Shown here in pieces: positions 20,781 through 31,207 of a stretch of 64,000 nucleotides of DNA. This DNA comes from Candidatus Latescibacterota bacterium (GTDB lineage: Bacteria; Latescibacterota; UBA2968): contig OZ242195.1 of the NCBI GenBank assembly GCA_965205975.1, positions 3,392,001-3,456,000 of the forward strand. The letters are read 5' to 3'. The notes beneath the pieces are model-generated. The model was not told where the DNA came from. It saw only the letters and a list, made by a program, of their open reading frames with translations, and ran no database searches. Numbering within the stretch: position 1 is the stretch's first letter; every line of letters begins with the position of its first letter. Position numbers and translations under genes: made by a program.

Positions 20781-22127
20781 ATGCCGAATGTCGTATTCAT
20801 CATGACCGACAATCAGGGGGCATGGACCCTGGGATGTTATGGCAATCCGGATATTCGAACCCCCAACATCGACAGACTCGCAAACGAGGGAATTCGGTTC
20901 TCAAACGCCTATTGCGTAAACTCGGTTTGCTCGCCCAGCCGCGCCACATTTATGACCGGACTGATCCCCTCCCAGCACGGCGTACACTGTTACCTCGGCG
21001 GAGAAAGACCAGATGCACAGATGGGGCCAGACGCGTACTGCACCATTCGCGAATTCGCAAACCTCCCCCGCGCAATGGCAGATGCGGGCTATGTATGCGG
21101 ACTGAGCGGAAAATGGCACCTGGGAGACAGCCTGCGGCCCCAGGAGGGATTTTCATACTGGTTTACCCGACCAAAGGGACACACCACGACATTTTACGAC
21201 GACGAATGGATCTGGCAGAACCGGGTTTACACAGAACCGCGATACACAACCGAAGCCATAACAGAACACGCCCTAAAATTCCTGCGACAAAACCACCACC
21301 AGCCGTTCTTTCTCTATGTCGCGTACAACGGTCCCTACGGCCTGGGAAAAAGCATGCTGGAAACACATCTCAACCGGCATACCGAATATTACGCGGACAA
21401 AGAACTGCCGAGTTTCCCCAGAGAGCCAGTGCATCCCTGGTTACGCAGCAACCGGGACATGATCAACAACCCGGTGAGCATTCGCGGATATGCCGCAGCG
21501 GTAAGCGGAGTAGATGACGGGGTAGGCGAAATAACAAACGCCTTAAAAGAATACGGCCTGGAAGAAGACACCCTGGTAATTTTTACAGCAGATCAGGGCT
21601 GGTGTGGCGGGCACCACGGAATGTGGGGCATGGGAGACCACTCCCGCCCCCTGCACACTTATGAAGAAACCATTCACATTCCACTGATATTCCGCCAGCC
21701 CGGACGGATACCAGCGGGCAGAGTATTTGAAGGGCGAACATGCAACTACGATTTTTTCCCATCCGTACTGGACCATCTGGAATTGCAGGATCGGATCGCC
21801 CACAATCCCAATCTCCCAGGCGCGAGTTATGCCCCAGCACTTTTGGGAGAGGAAATGGCGTGGGATAATGAGATCTTCCACGAATTTGAAAACACGCGCA
21901 TGGTGCGAAATGACCGCTGGAAATACACCTGGCGCCATCCAGATGGCCCGGATGAACTATACGACATGCAGGCAGACCCGGAAGAACGCAACAACCTGGC
22001 GAATAATTCCCACGCAAACATCATCAACGAATGTCGCAACCGCATCCAGAACTTCTTTGACCAGTATGCAGACCCCCAGTACGATCTGTGGCGCGGGGGA
22101 CGCTCCAAAGCGGGACGAATCGGATAA
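20781..22127 (+). CDS. Cys-type sulfatase
   Basis: CSPSR, GKWHLG, ADQG. Confidence 0.9.
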   Translation: MPNVVFIMTDNQGAWTLGCYGNPDIRTPNIDRLANEGIRFSNAYCVNSVCSPSRATFMTGLIPSQHGVHCYLGGERPDAQMGPDAYCTIREFANLPRAMADAGYVCGLSGKWHLGDSLRPQEGFSYWFTRPKGHTTTFYDDEWIWQNRVYTEPRYTTEAITEHALKFLRQNHHQPFFLYVAYNGPYGLGKSMLETHLNRHTEYYADKELPSFPREPVHPWLRSNRDMINNPVSIRGYAAAVSGVDDGVGEITNALKEYGLEEDTLVIFTADQGWCGGHHGMWGMGDHSRPLHTYEETIHIPLIFRQPGRIPAGRVFEGRTCNYDFFPSVLDHLELQDRIAHNPNLPGASYAPALLGEEMAWDNEIFHEFENTRMVRNDRWKYTWRHPDGPDELYDMQADPEERNNLANNSHANIINECRNRIQNFFDQYADPQYDLWRGGRSKAGRIG

Positions 22128-22132
22128 CGGAA

Positions 22133-23302
22133 CTATTCCTCCCAAATCAGTGCCAGCGCGCCCGTATAGCTATGCACAAAATTGCGCCCGCCCACAGGTG
22201 CCAGTTCCGAATTGCCAAAAAAGCCAGCCATCGGAAAAGCGCCCAGGTGTTTTCGAATCACCAGAACATCGTGATCGGGTTGTCCGTAAAGCCCAAATCC
22301 GCGTCCCCTACAGTTAAAATACAAACCACACGTATTGGACGGACGCCCGACAGACTGTCGCAACTCCTGCATCACCTTCACCATATCTTCATGTCCTGCA
22401 TGGGGTGTACGCCTATTAAATTGAATAGTCTGTCCCACAGACACCTGTTCATTAACCGCAATCGCGCCCGACTGCTCGTCGATATGCGTTAAACTGCGAA
22501 TTAAAAAATCGCCTCGCCCCCGTTCAATTGCGTATTCATCCATCGCCAGACCCACAAAAATATTGTAGCGCAAATCGGCCTTTTCCTCTGCCGAAAGCGT
22601 ATTGAGCGCCTCCTTCAGCGCATCCACAGCCGGAACAAATGCAATCTGTTGAATCACATTGCCCTCGGCTCTGGTAATCGCATAAGCCTGCCCAAACGGT
22701 TGGCAACCTTGTGCCACCCCCGTAGCCACCTTTACTCCGGACAGCAACGCCCCCACCACGCCGTGTTCACCAATCCACCGTCCACACCATTGCAATGTCT
22801 GCGGCGATGCTGATCCCCACGGATTGCCCGATGCGACGCCCCCCACAACGGGCACATCGCCAGCCATCTCGGCAATCTGTTCCAGACAAATCGCCGGATT
22901 GGAATAAATCCCACACATAAGCACCAGCAACGCATCCTCTGTTCCCTGGGCTGCCACGCGCTCGCCAATCATAACCCCGGCATCGGCGCCCTCTGCCACA
23001 AAAGGTGTCACCTCGAGATGATCTCCGCCCAAAACCAGCACCGCCACCCCAGGCTCGCGATCATTTTCTCGGGCATCTGTCAAAACCCCCATGCCACTAC
23101 ATCCAAACACAGCCTCTGTCTGCACCCGATCGATAACAACATCCACCATAGCAGCCGCATCGCCCATGTGGTGATAGGTCAAAAAAAGAAACGCAGCATC
23201 AACCGCAACATCGCCCAGCCCCTTCATCGCTTCTGACAAAGCGGCCTCAACAGCGTACATGCCCTCGGCTTCATTTGAATGTCCAGCCCCGGATCGCAGC
23301 AT
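22133..23302 (-). CDS. FIST N/C domain signal-transduction protein
   Basis: VVGGVAS, VAQGCQPFG, FNCRGRG, GFFGNSEL. Confidence 0.88.
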   Translation of the reverse strand: MLRSGAGHSNEAEGMYAVEAALSEAMKGLGDVAVDAAFLFLTYHHMGDAAAMVDVVIDRVQTEAVFGCSGMGVLTDARENDREPGVAVLVLGGDHLEVTPFVAEGADAGVMIGERVAAQGTEDALLVLMCGIYSNPAICLEQIAEMAGDVPVVGGVASGNPWGSASPQTLQWCGRWIGEHGVVGALLSGVKVATGVAQGCQPFGQAYAITRAEGNVIQQIAFVPAVDALKEALNTLSAEEKADLRYNIFVGLAMDEYAIERGRGDFLIRSLTHIDEQSGAIAVNEQVSVGQTIQFNRRTPHAGHEDMVKVMQELRQSVGRPSNTCGLYFNCRGRGFGLYGQPDHDVLVIRKHLGAFPMAGFFGNSELAPVGGRNFVHSYTGALALIWEE

Positions 23303-23532
23303 ATTTTCCCCACGGCAAAAACGACTTCTAAAAATATTTCATGCAATATAGAGGCAAAAAATCGCAGATCAAACAATTTCCGAACCGATCTTTTTGAGCA
23401 GATGTATTGGATTTGCTCTCTATGCTATATTACTATAACAATACTTGCCACACACATGTAAATACCTTATATTAAATTGCTCTAAAATTATACCTCCAAA
23501 TCCCTCTAAAATCACCCCAAAGAGCCTTCCCA

Positions 23533-24000
23533 ATGGATCTGAATTACAGTCTCCACAACGACACAGTAAAACACGTTGATCTCTCCTTTTATGTCGAAGT
23601 ACAAAAAGACCATCCCGTTGATCAGGTCATCGCCAAAATGCAGAATAGTCAGCGCAAATGCGCGCTGGTCATGGACCAGGGCAAACTAATCGGCATCTTT
23701 ACAGCACACGATATTGCCCGCCGCGTAATCAACCAATCCGAAGTAATCAACGAGCCTATAGAAGCAATCATGACCCCCGATCCGCTCACCCTGAAATCGG
23801 ATATCACACTGATCAAAGCCATCCGATTTATGAGCGATAAGCCCCACCGATACATGCCCGTTGTAGATGCAGAAGGACGCGTATTGGGCACACTGACACA
23901 CTATGCCATCATCAAATACATGAGCGATCATTTCCCAGAAGAAATCTACAACTTACCGCCAACCCCCGACCACTTTGCCAGTGCTCGGGATGGTGCCTAA
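23533..24000 (+). CDS. CBS-pair domain protein
   Basis: GIFTAHDI...IMTPDP...RYMPVVD; first gene of the kor operon. Confidence 0.88.
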   Translation: MDLNYSLHNDTVKHVDLSFYVEVQKDHPVDQVIAKMQNSQRKCALVMDQGKLIGIFTAHDIARRVINQSEVINEPIEAIMTPDPLTLKSDITLIKAIRFMSDKPHRYMPVVDAEGRVLGTLTHYAIIKYMSDHFPEEIYNLPPTPDHFASARDGA

Positions 24001-24018
24001 AATACTTCAGGAGGATTT

Positions 24019-25911
24019 ATGGCCGAAATAGACATCGAAGAAACGGCCGAATCGACACTTTTCGAACTGTCCGAAATCGAATCCATTGCCATTCGCTTTG
24101 CAGGTGATTCCGGTGATGGCAGCCAACTCATAGGCAAAGAATTTGCCAACACCTCGGCAATCGTCGGCAATGACATCAGCACCCTGCCGGACTTTCCCGC
24201 TGAAATCCGCGCGCCCGCCGGCACATTGCCCGGCGTTAGCGGGTTTCAAATCCACATATCCAGCGAAGACATATACACGCCCGGCGACGAGCCACAAGTC
24301 CTCGTGGCGATGAACCCGGCAGCACTCAAAGCCAATGTCAACGACCTTCCAGGCGGCGGCATCATCATTGCCAATACAGACAACTTTACGCGCAACAACC
24401 TGCGCAAAGCCGGATACGACAGCGATCCCCTCGAAGGCAATGGCCTCTCCAATTATCGCGTAGTCAAAGTACCCCTCACCACGCTGCACAAAGAAGCTGT
24501 CGCACACGTTGAGGGCCTGACCAATCGCCAGATTGACATGATGAAAAACTTCTTCGCACTGGGCCTGTCCTACTGGATCTTCGACCGCCCGATAGAACCG
24601 ACCATTCGCATGCTCGAAAAGAAATTTCAGGGCAAAGACGAAATCATCGACGGCAATGTGAGCACCCTGAAAGCCGGCTACAACTTTGGTGAAACAGTCG
24701 AAGAATTTCAGGTTCAATACCAGGTCAAGAAAGCCGTCGTCGCACCGGGCACTTATCGCGCTGTCACGGGTACACAAGCCACGGCAATAGGCATGGTCAC
24801 CGCGGCTCACAAAGCGGGCAAAACCCTCTTTTACGGCAGCTATCCCATCACGCCAGCCAGCGCAGTACTCGAAGAATTGGCCGCATTGAAAAACTTTGAC
24901 GTGCGAACCTTTCAAGCAGAAGATGAAATTTCCGCACTGGGCTCGGTCATCGGCGCTGCTTTTGGGGGTGCGTTTGCCGCCACAGGCACCAGTGGTCCCG
25001 GCATCGCACTAAAAAGCGAAGCCATGAACCTCGCCCTGATGATGGAATTGCCCCTCGTTATCTGCAACTTTCAGCGCGGCGGTCCCAGCACCGGCATGCC
25101 CACCAAAACAGAACAATCTGATCTGCTCCAATGCATGTTTGGTCGCAATGGCGACAGCCCCATACCCATTGTCTCACCGGCCACGCCATCAGACTGCTTT
25201 GACATGGTCATCGAAGCGTTCCGAATCGCCGTAGAAACCATGAGCCCGGTCATTTTCCTCTCCGATGGATACCTCAACACCAGCGCTGAACCGTGGAAAA
25301 TTCCCGATCCGGATGATATTCCGACCATTTCAGTCGAACACAGAACCGATCCCGAGGGCTTCTTGCCCTATCTCCGAGATCCAAAAACTCTATCTCGCCC
25401 CTGGGTATTGCCGGGCACGCCGGGCCTTGAACACAGACTGGGTGGACTGGGCAAAGAAGACGGGACGGGCAACGTATCCTACGACCCGGATGACAATCAG
25501 CACATGGCGAACATACGCGCCGAACGTTTGGCGCGCATCGCCGACCGCATTCCACTCCAGCACGTCATGGGGCCCAAATCGGGCGATTTGCTCGTCCTGG
25601 GCTGGGGATGTACTTATGGTGCAATCCGCTCGGGAGTGCGCCGAATGCGACAGCAGGGCTATTCGGTAGCCGCGGCGCACCTGCGCTACCTCAACCCATT
25701 CCCCAAAAATCTGGGCGCGATACTATCGAGTTACAAAACCATACTCGTACCCGAACTCAACATGGGACAATTGTCTTTGCTGCTTCAGGCCAGATATCCC
25801 ACACAGGTCATCGTTCCCTTCAATAAAGTTCAGGGATTGCCCTTCAAAATTACAGAAATCGCCGACAAAATTGACGAAATACTGGGTGCTCCAAAGAGCG
25901 CATCGTTATAG
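24019..25911 (+). CDS. korA: 2-oxoacid:ferredoxin oxidoreductase alpha subunit
   Basis: RFAGDSGDG, YPITPAS, QAEDEI, QRGGPSTGMPTKTEQSD. Confidence 0.93.
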   Translation: MAEIDIEETAESTLFELSEIESIAIRFAGDSGDGSQLIGKEFANTSAIVGNDISTLPDFPAEIRAPAGTLPGVSGFQIHISSEDIYTPGDEPQVLVAMNPAALKANVNDLPGGGIIIANTDNFTRNNLRKAGYDSDPLEGNGLSNYRVVKVPLTTLHKEAVAHVEGLTNRQIDMMKNFFALGLSYWIFDRPIEPTIRMLEKKFQGKDEIIDGNVSTLKAGYNFGETVEEFQVQYQVKKAVVAPGTYRAVTGTQATAIGMVTAAHKAGKTLFYGSYPITPASAVLEELAALKNFDVRTFQAEDEISALGSVIGAAFGGAFAATGTSGPGIALKSEAMNLALMMELPLVICNFQRGGPSTGMPTKTEQSDLLQCMFGRNGDSPIPIVSPATPSDCFDMVIEAFRIAVETMSPVIFLSDGYLNTSAEPWKIPDPDDIPTISVEHRTDPEGFLPYLRDPKTLSRPWVLPGTPGLEHRLGGLGKEDGTGNVSYDPDDNQHMANIRAERLARIADRIPLQHVMGPKSGDLLVLGWGCTYGAIRSGVRRMRQQGYSVAAAHLRYLNPFPKNLGAILSSYKTILVPELNMGQLSLLLQARYPTQVIVPFNKVQGLPFKITEIADKIDEILGAPKSASL

Positions 25912-25923
25912 AGGAATCCAAAC

Positions 25924-27465
25924 ATGGCAGACGCTATTGAAACACTGACGCGAAAAGACTTCGTATCCGACCAGGAAGTGCGCTGGTGCCCCGGTTGTGG
26001 TGATTACGCCATCCTTGCACAGATGCAGCGCGTGTTGCCCGAAATGGGCATTGCGCGGGAAGATATGGTCTTTATATCGGGCATTGGTTGCTCCAGCCGC
26101 TTCCCCTATTACATGAACACGTACGGTCTGCACACCATTCACGGTCGTGCGGCAACCGTGGCGACTGGCCTCAAAGTAGCCAATCCCGACCTGCACGTGT
26201 GGGTAATCACCGGCGATGGCGACAGCCTATCCATAGGCGGCAATCACCTGTTGCATGTGCTGCGTCGCAACGTCAATCTCAACATCATACTCTTCAACAA
26301 TGCGATCTACGGCCTCACCAAAGGACAATATTCACCCACATCGCCGCCGGGCACGCGCACCTATTCGTCGCCCATGGGCTCTGTGGAACAGGACTTCAAT
26401 GCCATATCCGTAGCCCTGGCAGCCGAAGCCACCTTTGTCGCCCGCAGTGTTGACCGCAACACCAAGCATATGGCCGAGATCCTCAAACGCGCCACCGAAC
26501 ATCGCGGCACGTCCTTTGTCGAAATTTACCAGAACTGCAATATTTACAACGACGGTGCCTGGTCTTTTGCTACCGAGGCGGATGTCAAAGACGATCAGAC
26601 CGTCATTCTGGAACACGGCCAACCCATTATTTTTGGCAAAGATCGCGACAAAGGCATCCGTATCAACGGGCTTGCGCCCGAAGTCGTAACCCTGGGCAAT
26701 GGCGTATCGGAAAGCGACCTGCTCGCACACGACGAAACCCTGGACAATCCAGCCCATGCGTATTTACTCAGCCGCCTCACGCATCCGGACTATCCAGTGC
26801 CACTCGGCGTATTTCGCTGTGTAGAACGCCCAATTTACGAAGAGCAAATCATCACACAGGGCCGCCAGGCGGTTGAAGAGCGCGGTGCAGGCGACCTCAA
26901 TGCACTGTATAATGCGACAGACACCTGGATTGTTCCCGAAGGTCCCGACGCCGAAACCGTACAAGAAGTCCACGAAGAATTGCCCACATCGAATATCATT
27001 CCCGATATCGAACAAGAAGACCCCATGGCACCGCGCACCGCGCTTCAGCAACTGCTCTACGACCCCATCTCATCCCTCGACCTGCCAGCACCCGAATGCG
27101 TATCCGCCGAGACCTCGGTCGCCGATGCCGTCGAGACCATGCGCAGCAAAAATATGGGATGTTTGCTGGTCGTTGACAAACAGGGCTTATTGCGCGGCAT
27201 ATTCGCACAGGGCGATCTCTTTGAAAAAGTTGCCGGGCGCGATATAGACCTGACAAAAATAACGGTCGATAGCCTGATGACCAAAGACCCCACCGCATTG
27301 AAAACATCTGATCCCATCGGTCACCTCCTGCACCTGATGTCTCTGCACGGCTTCCGCCACATACCCATTGTAGATCCCGATGGGCGTCCCGTGGGCCTGG
27401 CATCCTTCAAAGTCATGCTCAAGTTCACCGGCGGCCTCTTCTCAGACGACATATCGCCCAACTAA
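25924..27465 (+). CDS. korB: 2-oxoacid:ferredoxin oxidoreductase beta subunit fused to a C-terminal CBS pair
   Basis: WCPGCGD, SGIGCSSR, GDGD TPP motif; last ~140 aa GIFAQGDL...LMTKDP...FRHIPIVD. Confidence 0.9.
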   Translation: MADAIETLTRKDFVSDQEVRWCPGCGDYAILAQMQRVLPEMGIAREDMVFISGIGCSSRFPYYMNTYGLHTIHGRAATVATGLKVANPDLHVWVITGDGDSLSIGGNHLLHVLRRNVNLNIILFNNAIYGLTKGQYSPTSPPGTRTYSSPMGSVEQDFNAISVALAAEATFVARSVDRNTKHMAEILKRATEHRGTSFVEIYQNCNIYNDGAWSFATEADVKDDQTVILEHGQPIIFGKDRDKGIRINGLAPEVVTLGNGVSESDLLAHDETLDNPAHAYLLSRLTHPDYPVPLGVFRCVERPIYEEQIITQGRQAVEERGAGDLNALYNATDTWIVPEGPDAETVQEVHEELPTSNIIPDIEQEDPMAPRTALQQLLYDPISSLDLPAPECVSAETSVADAVETMRSKNMGCLLVVDKQGLLRGIFAQGDLFEKVAGRDIDLTKITVDSLMTKDPTALKTSDPIGHLLHLMSLHGFRHIPIVDPDGRPVGLASFKVMLKFTGGLFSDDISPN

Positions 27466-27534
27466 CGCGCGTCAACACCACAGCGCAAAAAGAGTCCGCA
27501 AGCACCTCGCGGACTCTTTTTTCTTGGAGGAAAA

Positions 27535-28509
27535 ATGAACGACATCCGCATTGGTATCATCGGCTCAGGCGGTATGGCGAGTCGCCATGCCCAGAGCTTT
27601 TCCCGAACAGACGGCTTTGAACTCATTGCCATTGCTGCGCAAAACATAGAAACTGGGCCAGCACTTGCCAACAAGCACGCCGTAGATTACTTGCCGACCT
27701 ATCGGGATATACTCAAACGCGACGACATCGACGCCATCGCAATATGCACCTACAACGACACCCACAGTGAAATCGCCCTTGCCGCGCTCGATGCAAACAA
27801 ACACGTTTTTACCGAATATCCCTCGGCGCGCAATATCGATGAAGCGAGGCAACTGCTTTCCAGAATCGACCACTCATCTCGCGTCCTCCGCGTGGGCCAC
27901 AACGAAGGACTCTCGCCATCTCACCGGGCACTCAAACGACAAACAGCCCAAACGGGAAATCTCATAACCGCACTATTCACCCGCCTCACCCCGGGCCGAG
28001 GTCAACGCCCTGAAATCCTCTTTAATATTTCCATATCGGGTCCACCAGCCCTCTTTTTTGTCTATAACATCTATCCAATCGTCGATTGTTTTGGTCCCGC
28101 CACCTGGGTTGAAGCCGCTGCCCACTATGAAAATCTGCGCGATGACAGCACCTACGATAGCTTTGCAAATTCCGTCACAGTCGGTTTTGAAAACGGCGGT
28201 ATTGGACAGTGGAACTGGACCGGTGGCATTGAAATTTCCCATGCCGAAGAATACCGTCACATCGTCATGACAGGCGGCACACTCATCAACAGAGGCGATG
28301 GCTGGCACCTCTCGACAAAATCGGGCGAACGCGATCTGCCCGCAGCCGAACCATCGGACATCACAATCCAAACCCAATTCCTCAACGACATCCACAGTGG
28401 CAACTGGCAAACCGACGCCCGCACGGCCCTCAACGCCGCGCTGATCGGTCTCGCAGCCGAACGATCAATGCAAGAAAATCGCCGCGTGACCCTCTCAGAA
28501 CTTCTGTAA
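27535..28509 (+). CDS. Gfo/Idh/MocA oxidoreductase (biliverdin-reductase-like EYP type)
   Basis: IIGSGGMA, KHVFTEYP. Confidence 0.8.
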   Translation: MNDIRIGIIGSGGMASRHAQSFSRTDGFELIAIAAQNIETGPALANKHAVDYLPTYRDILKRDDIDAIAICTYNDTHSEIALAALDANKHVFTEYPSARNIDEARQLLSRIDHSSRVLRVGHNEGLSPSHRALKRQTAQTGNLITALFTRLTPGRGQRPEILFNISISGPPALFFVYNIYPIVDCFGPATWVEAAAHYENLRDDSTYDSFANSVTVGFENGGIGQWNWTGGIEISHAEEYRHIVMTGGTLINRGDGWHLSTKSGERDLPAAEPSDITIQTQFLNDIHSGNWQTDARTALNAALIGLAAERSMQENRRVTLSELL

Positions 28510-28594
28510 AAGCACAAAATATGCGTGACAGTTTGATTTGCTTTGAGTATCATGAAGGTCAAAATATCTTCTCCCACAACTTTGAGAAAAAACA

Positions 28595-29458
28595 ATGACC
28601 CAAACCATTTCCTTACGCGACCTCGACTTCCAGTCCAAAAACATCGACATACAACGTGCAGCCGAGGCATTCAAAGCGCATGGCGCGATAGTCGTGCGGG
28701 AATTGCTCCGCGAATACATCGACGCGCTTAACCGCGACATCGAAGCCACAGCCACGCAATCTCTCGCCCTCCTCGATCAAGCCACCGCAATACCCGAAGG
28801 ATGGCGCACGCCCAACAACACCCTCTTCATACCCGCGCCTGAAAATTACGAACGCGACCGACAAATCATGGTCCTGGGCATCAACTACAACACCAGCGCC
28901 ACCTTCTTTCGCTCGGCATTTCACCCGCCCACCCTCGACATCGTCGAAGCCATCCTCGGCCCCAACATCGAACTCTACGGCAACGGTCAATGCCTCTACA
29001 AAGAACCCGTCGGAGGTCATCCCAAACACCTGCACCAGGACTCGGCCTATTTTGAACACCGGTACGAAGGCCCCGTAGGCATCCTCACCTATGTCGTACC
29101 CACCGACCTCAACAACGGCGCCCTCCACGTCGTCCCCGGCTCTCACAAACTGGGGCAACTCGACCACATCGACACCTTCTCGCACCTGGGGCTCTCAGAC
29201 CGCGAATGGCCCTGGGAGCGCGCCCTCCCAATACCCGGTCAACCCGGCGACGCCATCTTCTTCCACGTCAAAACTGTCCACGGCTCCAAACAGAACCACT
29301 CGGACAAACCCCGCCCCGTCTTCATACACCGCTACCGCAGAGCCGATGACTACGTCGTCATACGCGGCACCACCACAAAAAACCGCGCAGAATCGTCAAA
29401 GCGTCCGATAGAAGAAAAAAAAGAGAATGGATTCATGGTACGCGGCTTTCGGCCATAA
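28595..29458 (+). CDS. Phytanoyl-CoA dioxygenase (PhyH) family Fe/2OG dioxygenase
   Basis: HQD, NGALHVVPGSH, GDAIFFH...VHGS. Confidence 0.9.
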   Translation: MTQTISLRDLDFQSKNIDIQRAAEAFKAHGAIVVRELLREYIDALNRDIEATATQSLALLDQATAIPEGWRTPNNTLFIPAPENYERDRQIMVLGINYNTSATFFRSAFHPPTLDIVEAILGPNIELYGNGQCLYKEPVGGHPKHLHQDSAYFEHRYEGPVGILTYVVPTDLNNGALHVVPGSHKLGQLDHIDTFSHLGLSDREWPWERALPIPGQPGDAIFFHVKTVHGSKQNHSDKPRPVFIHRYRRADDYVVIRGTTTKNRAESSKRPIEEKKENGFMVRGFRP

Positions 29459-29511
29459 TAAAAAAGCGCGGGACATAATCCCACGCTTTAATTTTCACCA
29501 TCTGAACTTCT

Positions 29512-30243
29512 CTAAACCTGCGCCTCCACCATCACCTCAACAGCTGCCAGATGCGCTGCAACGCGCACATCCATCGGCTGCGCTGTCGGGCTTTCTGACG
29601 TCACCAGATGCCCCGTATGCCCTCTCTGATACAAAGCAATGGGAATACCCTCTCCATATTTCCGCCTCGACACCTCCATATTGGGATGAATCACCCCATT
29701 GACCGCAACCTCACTCTCGATCTCGGCATTCTTATTAATCGGACACACCTGTGCCACCCGCGCCACCATCTCCCGTCCCAGGGATTCTCGGACCCCAAAC
29801 ATCTCGTACAAATAAAACCCCGAACTCTCCCAATCCTCGTGCAAATCGATCACACCCGCAAAAACCCGTCCCTCCACAAACCCCTTCAAAATCTCAATCT
29901 CGGGCACATCATCGCGCAAAAACGCCCAATTCACATCCACCTCCTGTGCATTGAGCCGCGCATTGTGAACATAGCTCCACGGGCACAAACACGGAATAAC
30001 TTCAAAACGCACCCCATCCCCCCAGCGTTCCCACCCCCCCTCCAAAAAAGCCAGCGCAGCCTCCACACCAGCCGGTTCATCGCCGTGCGTACCCCCATTT
30101 ATATAAACAACAGGCGCGTCTCCCTTGCCAGCAGACACGCGCAACACCGGCAAACCTTCAACCTCCCCCAACTCATACACATCAACACCAGACACCGCTT
30201 CCACGCGCTTGACAACAGCATCGTAATCCCGTTGAACCATCAC
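29512..30243 (-). CDS. M14 family metallocarboxypeptidase
   Basis: GTHGDEPAG, R.N...DVN, IDLHED. Confidence 0.85.
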   Translation of the reverse strand: MMVQRDYDAVVKRVEAVSGVDVYELGEVEGLPVLRVSAGKGDAPVVYINGGTHGDEPAGVEAALAFLEGGWERWGDGVRFEVIPCLCPWSYVHNARLNAQEVDVNWAFLRDDVPEIEILKGFVEGRVFAGVIDLHEDWESSGFYLYEMFGVRESLGREMVARVAQVCPINKNAEIESEVAVNGVIHPNMEVSRRKYGEGIPIALYQRGHTGHLVTSESPTAQPMDVRVAAHLAAVEVMVEAQV

Positions 30244-31199
30244 ATATCCCGAAGCGCGTCGATCACCCGCGCGTGAATCTCGCGGGCACTCACCACCACC
30301 CCGCGATTGTCCTCCATCTGCGCCGCAGACGCAAAATCCAGCGGCCTGCCAAACATATCGCTCACCTGTCCACCCGCTTCCTCAACAATCAGGGCACCCG
30401 CAGCGTGATCCCAGATATTCTCGCGATAACCCGGAGATTCTGGCGACGGCAGCCTCAAATACAACGCCGCATCGCCGCGAGCCACCGCACCGTATTTCAC
30501 CTGACTATCCATCCTGAGCGACGGCGAAACAATCCCAACCGCACGAGCCACCGCTTGCTGTGCATCGAAATCACAGTGTGACGACTCCACGCTCTCGGCA
30601 AACCGCCACGCAGGCCCATCAATCCGAACATCGGCAACATCGCCCTCCTCAAGAGACATCGCCCGCGTACCCTCTCCCCTAACAGCCACAAATAACACCC
30701 CACAATCGCTGTCCGCCCGATCCATATCCACCGGCAGAGCCGGACACGCCAGCGCGGCAACCTTCACCTCACCGCAATCGACGAGCGCCAACGCCACCGC
30801 GTATTGATCCCCGCGCAAAAAGCCCTTTGTCCCATCAATGGGATCGAGTGTCCAAAAACGCTTTGCAACATCCCCATTACCCGCATCAATCCAGTCGCAA
30901 ATTGTATCCTCATCCGCCTGTGCATACACCCGAACAAACTCACACACAGTCTTCCGCATCGCAGATTGCTCCGCATCCCGAAGCACCGACGCATCTTCTT
31001 CCCCTACAATCGGATCCCCGGGAAAAACCGACTTTAACCGCCGGCACACAAGCGCCTGCGAGCCAAAATCCGCAACCGTCACTGGACTGCGATCCTCCTT
31101 CTCCATCGTCCCAACAAGTGATTTCCGCACATCCACACAAAGCCGAGCCGCCTCGCGCACAGCCTCAACAGCGACCTCGCGCTCTCGATCATATCCCAT
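30240..31199 (-). CDS. 3'(2'),5'-bisphosphate nucleotidase (HAL2-like)
   Basis: SPVTVADFGSQA, GEED, LDPIDGTKGFLRGDQYA, DSQVKY, IWDHAAG. Confidence 0.9.
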   Translation of the reverse strand: MGYDREREVAVEAVREAARLCVDVRKSLVGTMEKEDRSPVTVADFGSQALVCRRLKSVFPGDPIVGEEDASVLRDAEQSAMRKTVCEFVRVYAQADEDTICDWIDAGNGDVAKRFWTLDPIDGTKGFLRGDQYAVALALVDCGEVKVAALACPALPVDMDRADSDCGVLFVAVRGEGTRAMSLEEGDVADVRIDGPAWRFAESVESSHCDFDAQQAVARAVGIVSPSLRMDSQVKYGAVARGDAALYLRLPSPESPGYRENIWDHAAGALIVEEAGGQVSDMFGRPLDFASAAQMEDNRGVVVSAREIHARVIDALRDM

Positions 31200-31207
31200 A
31201 AACACCC

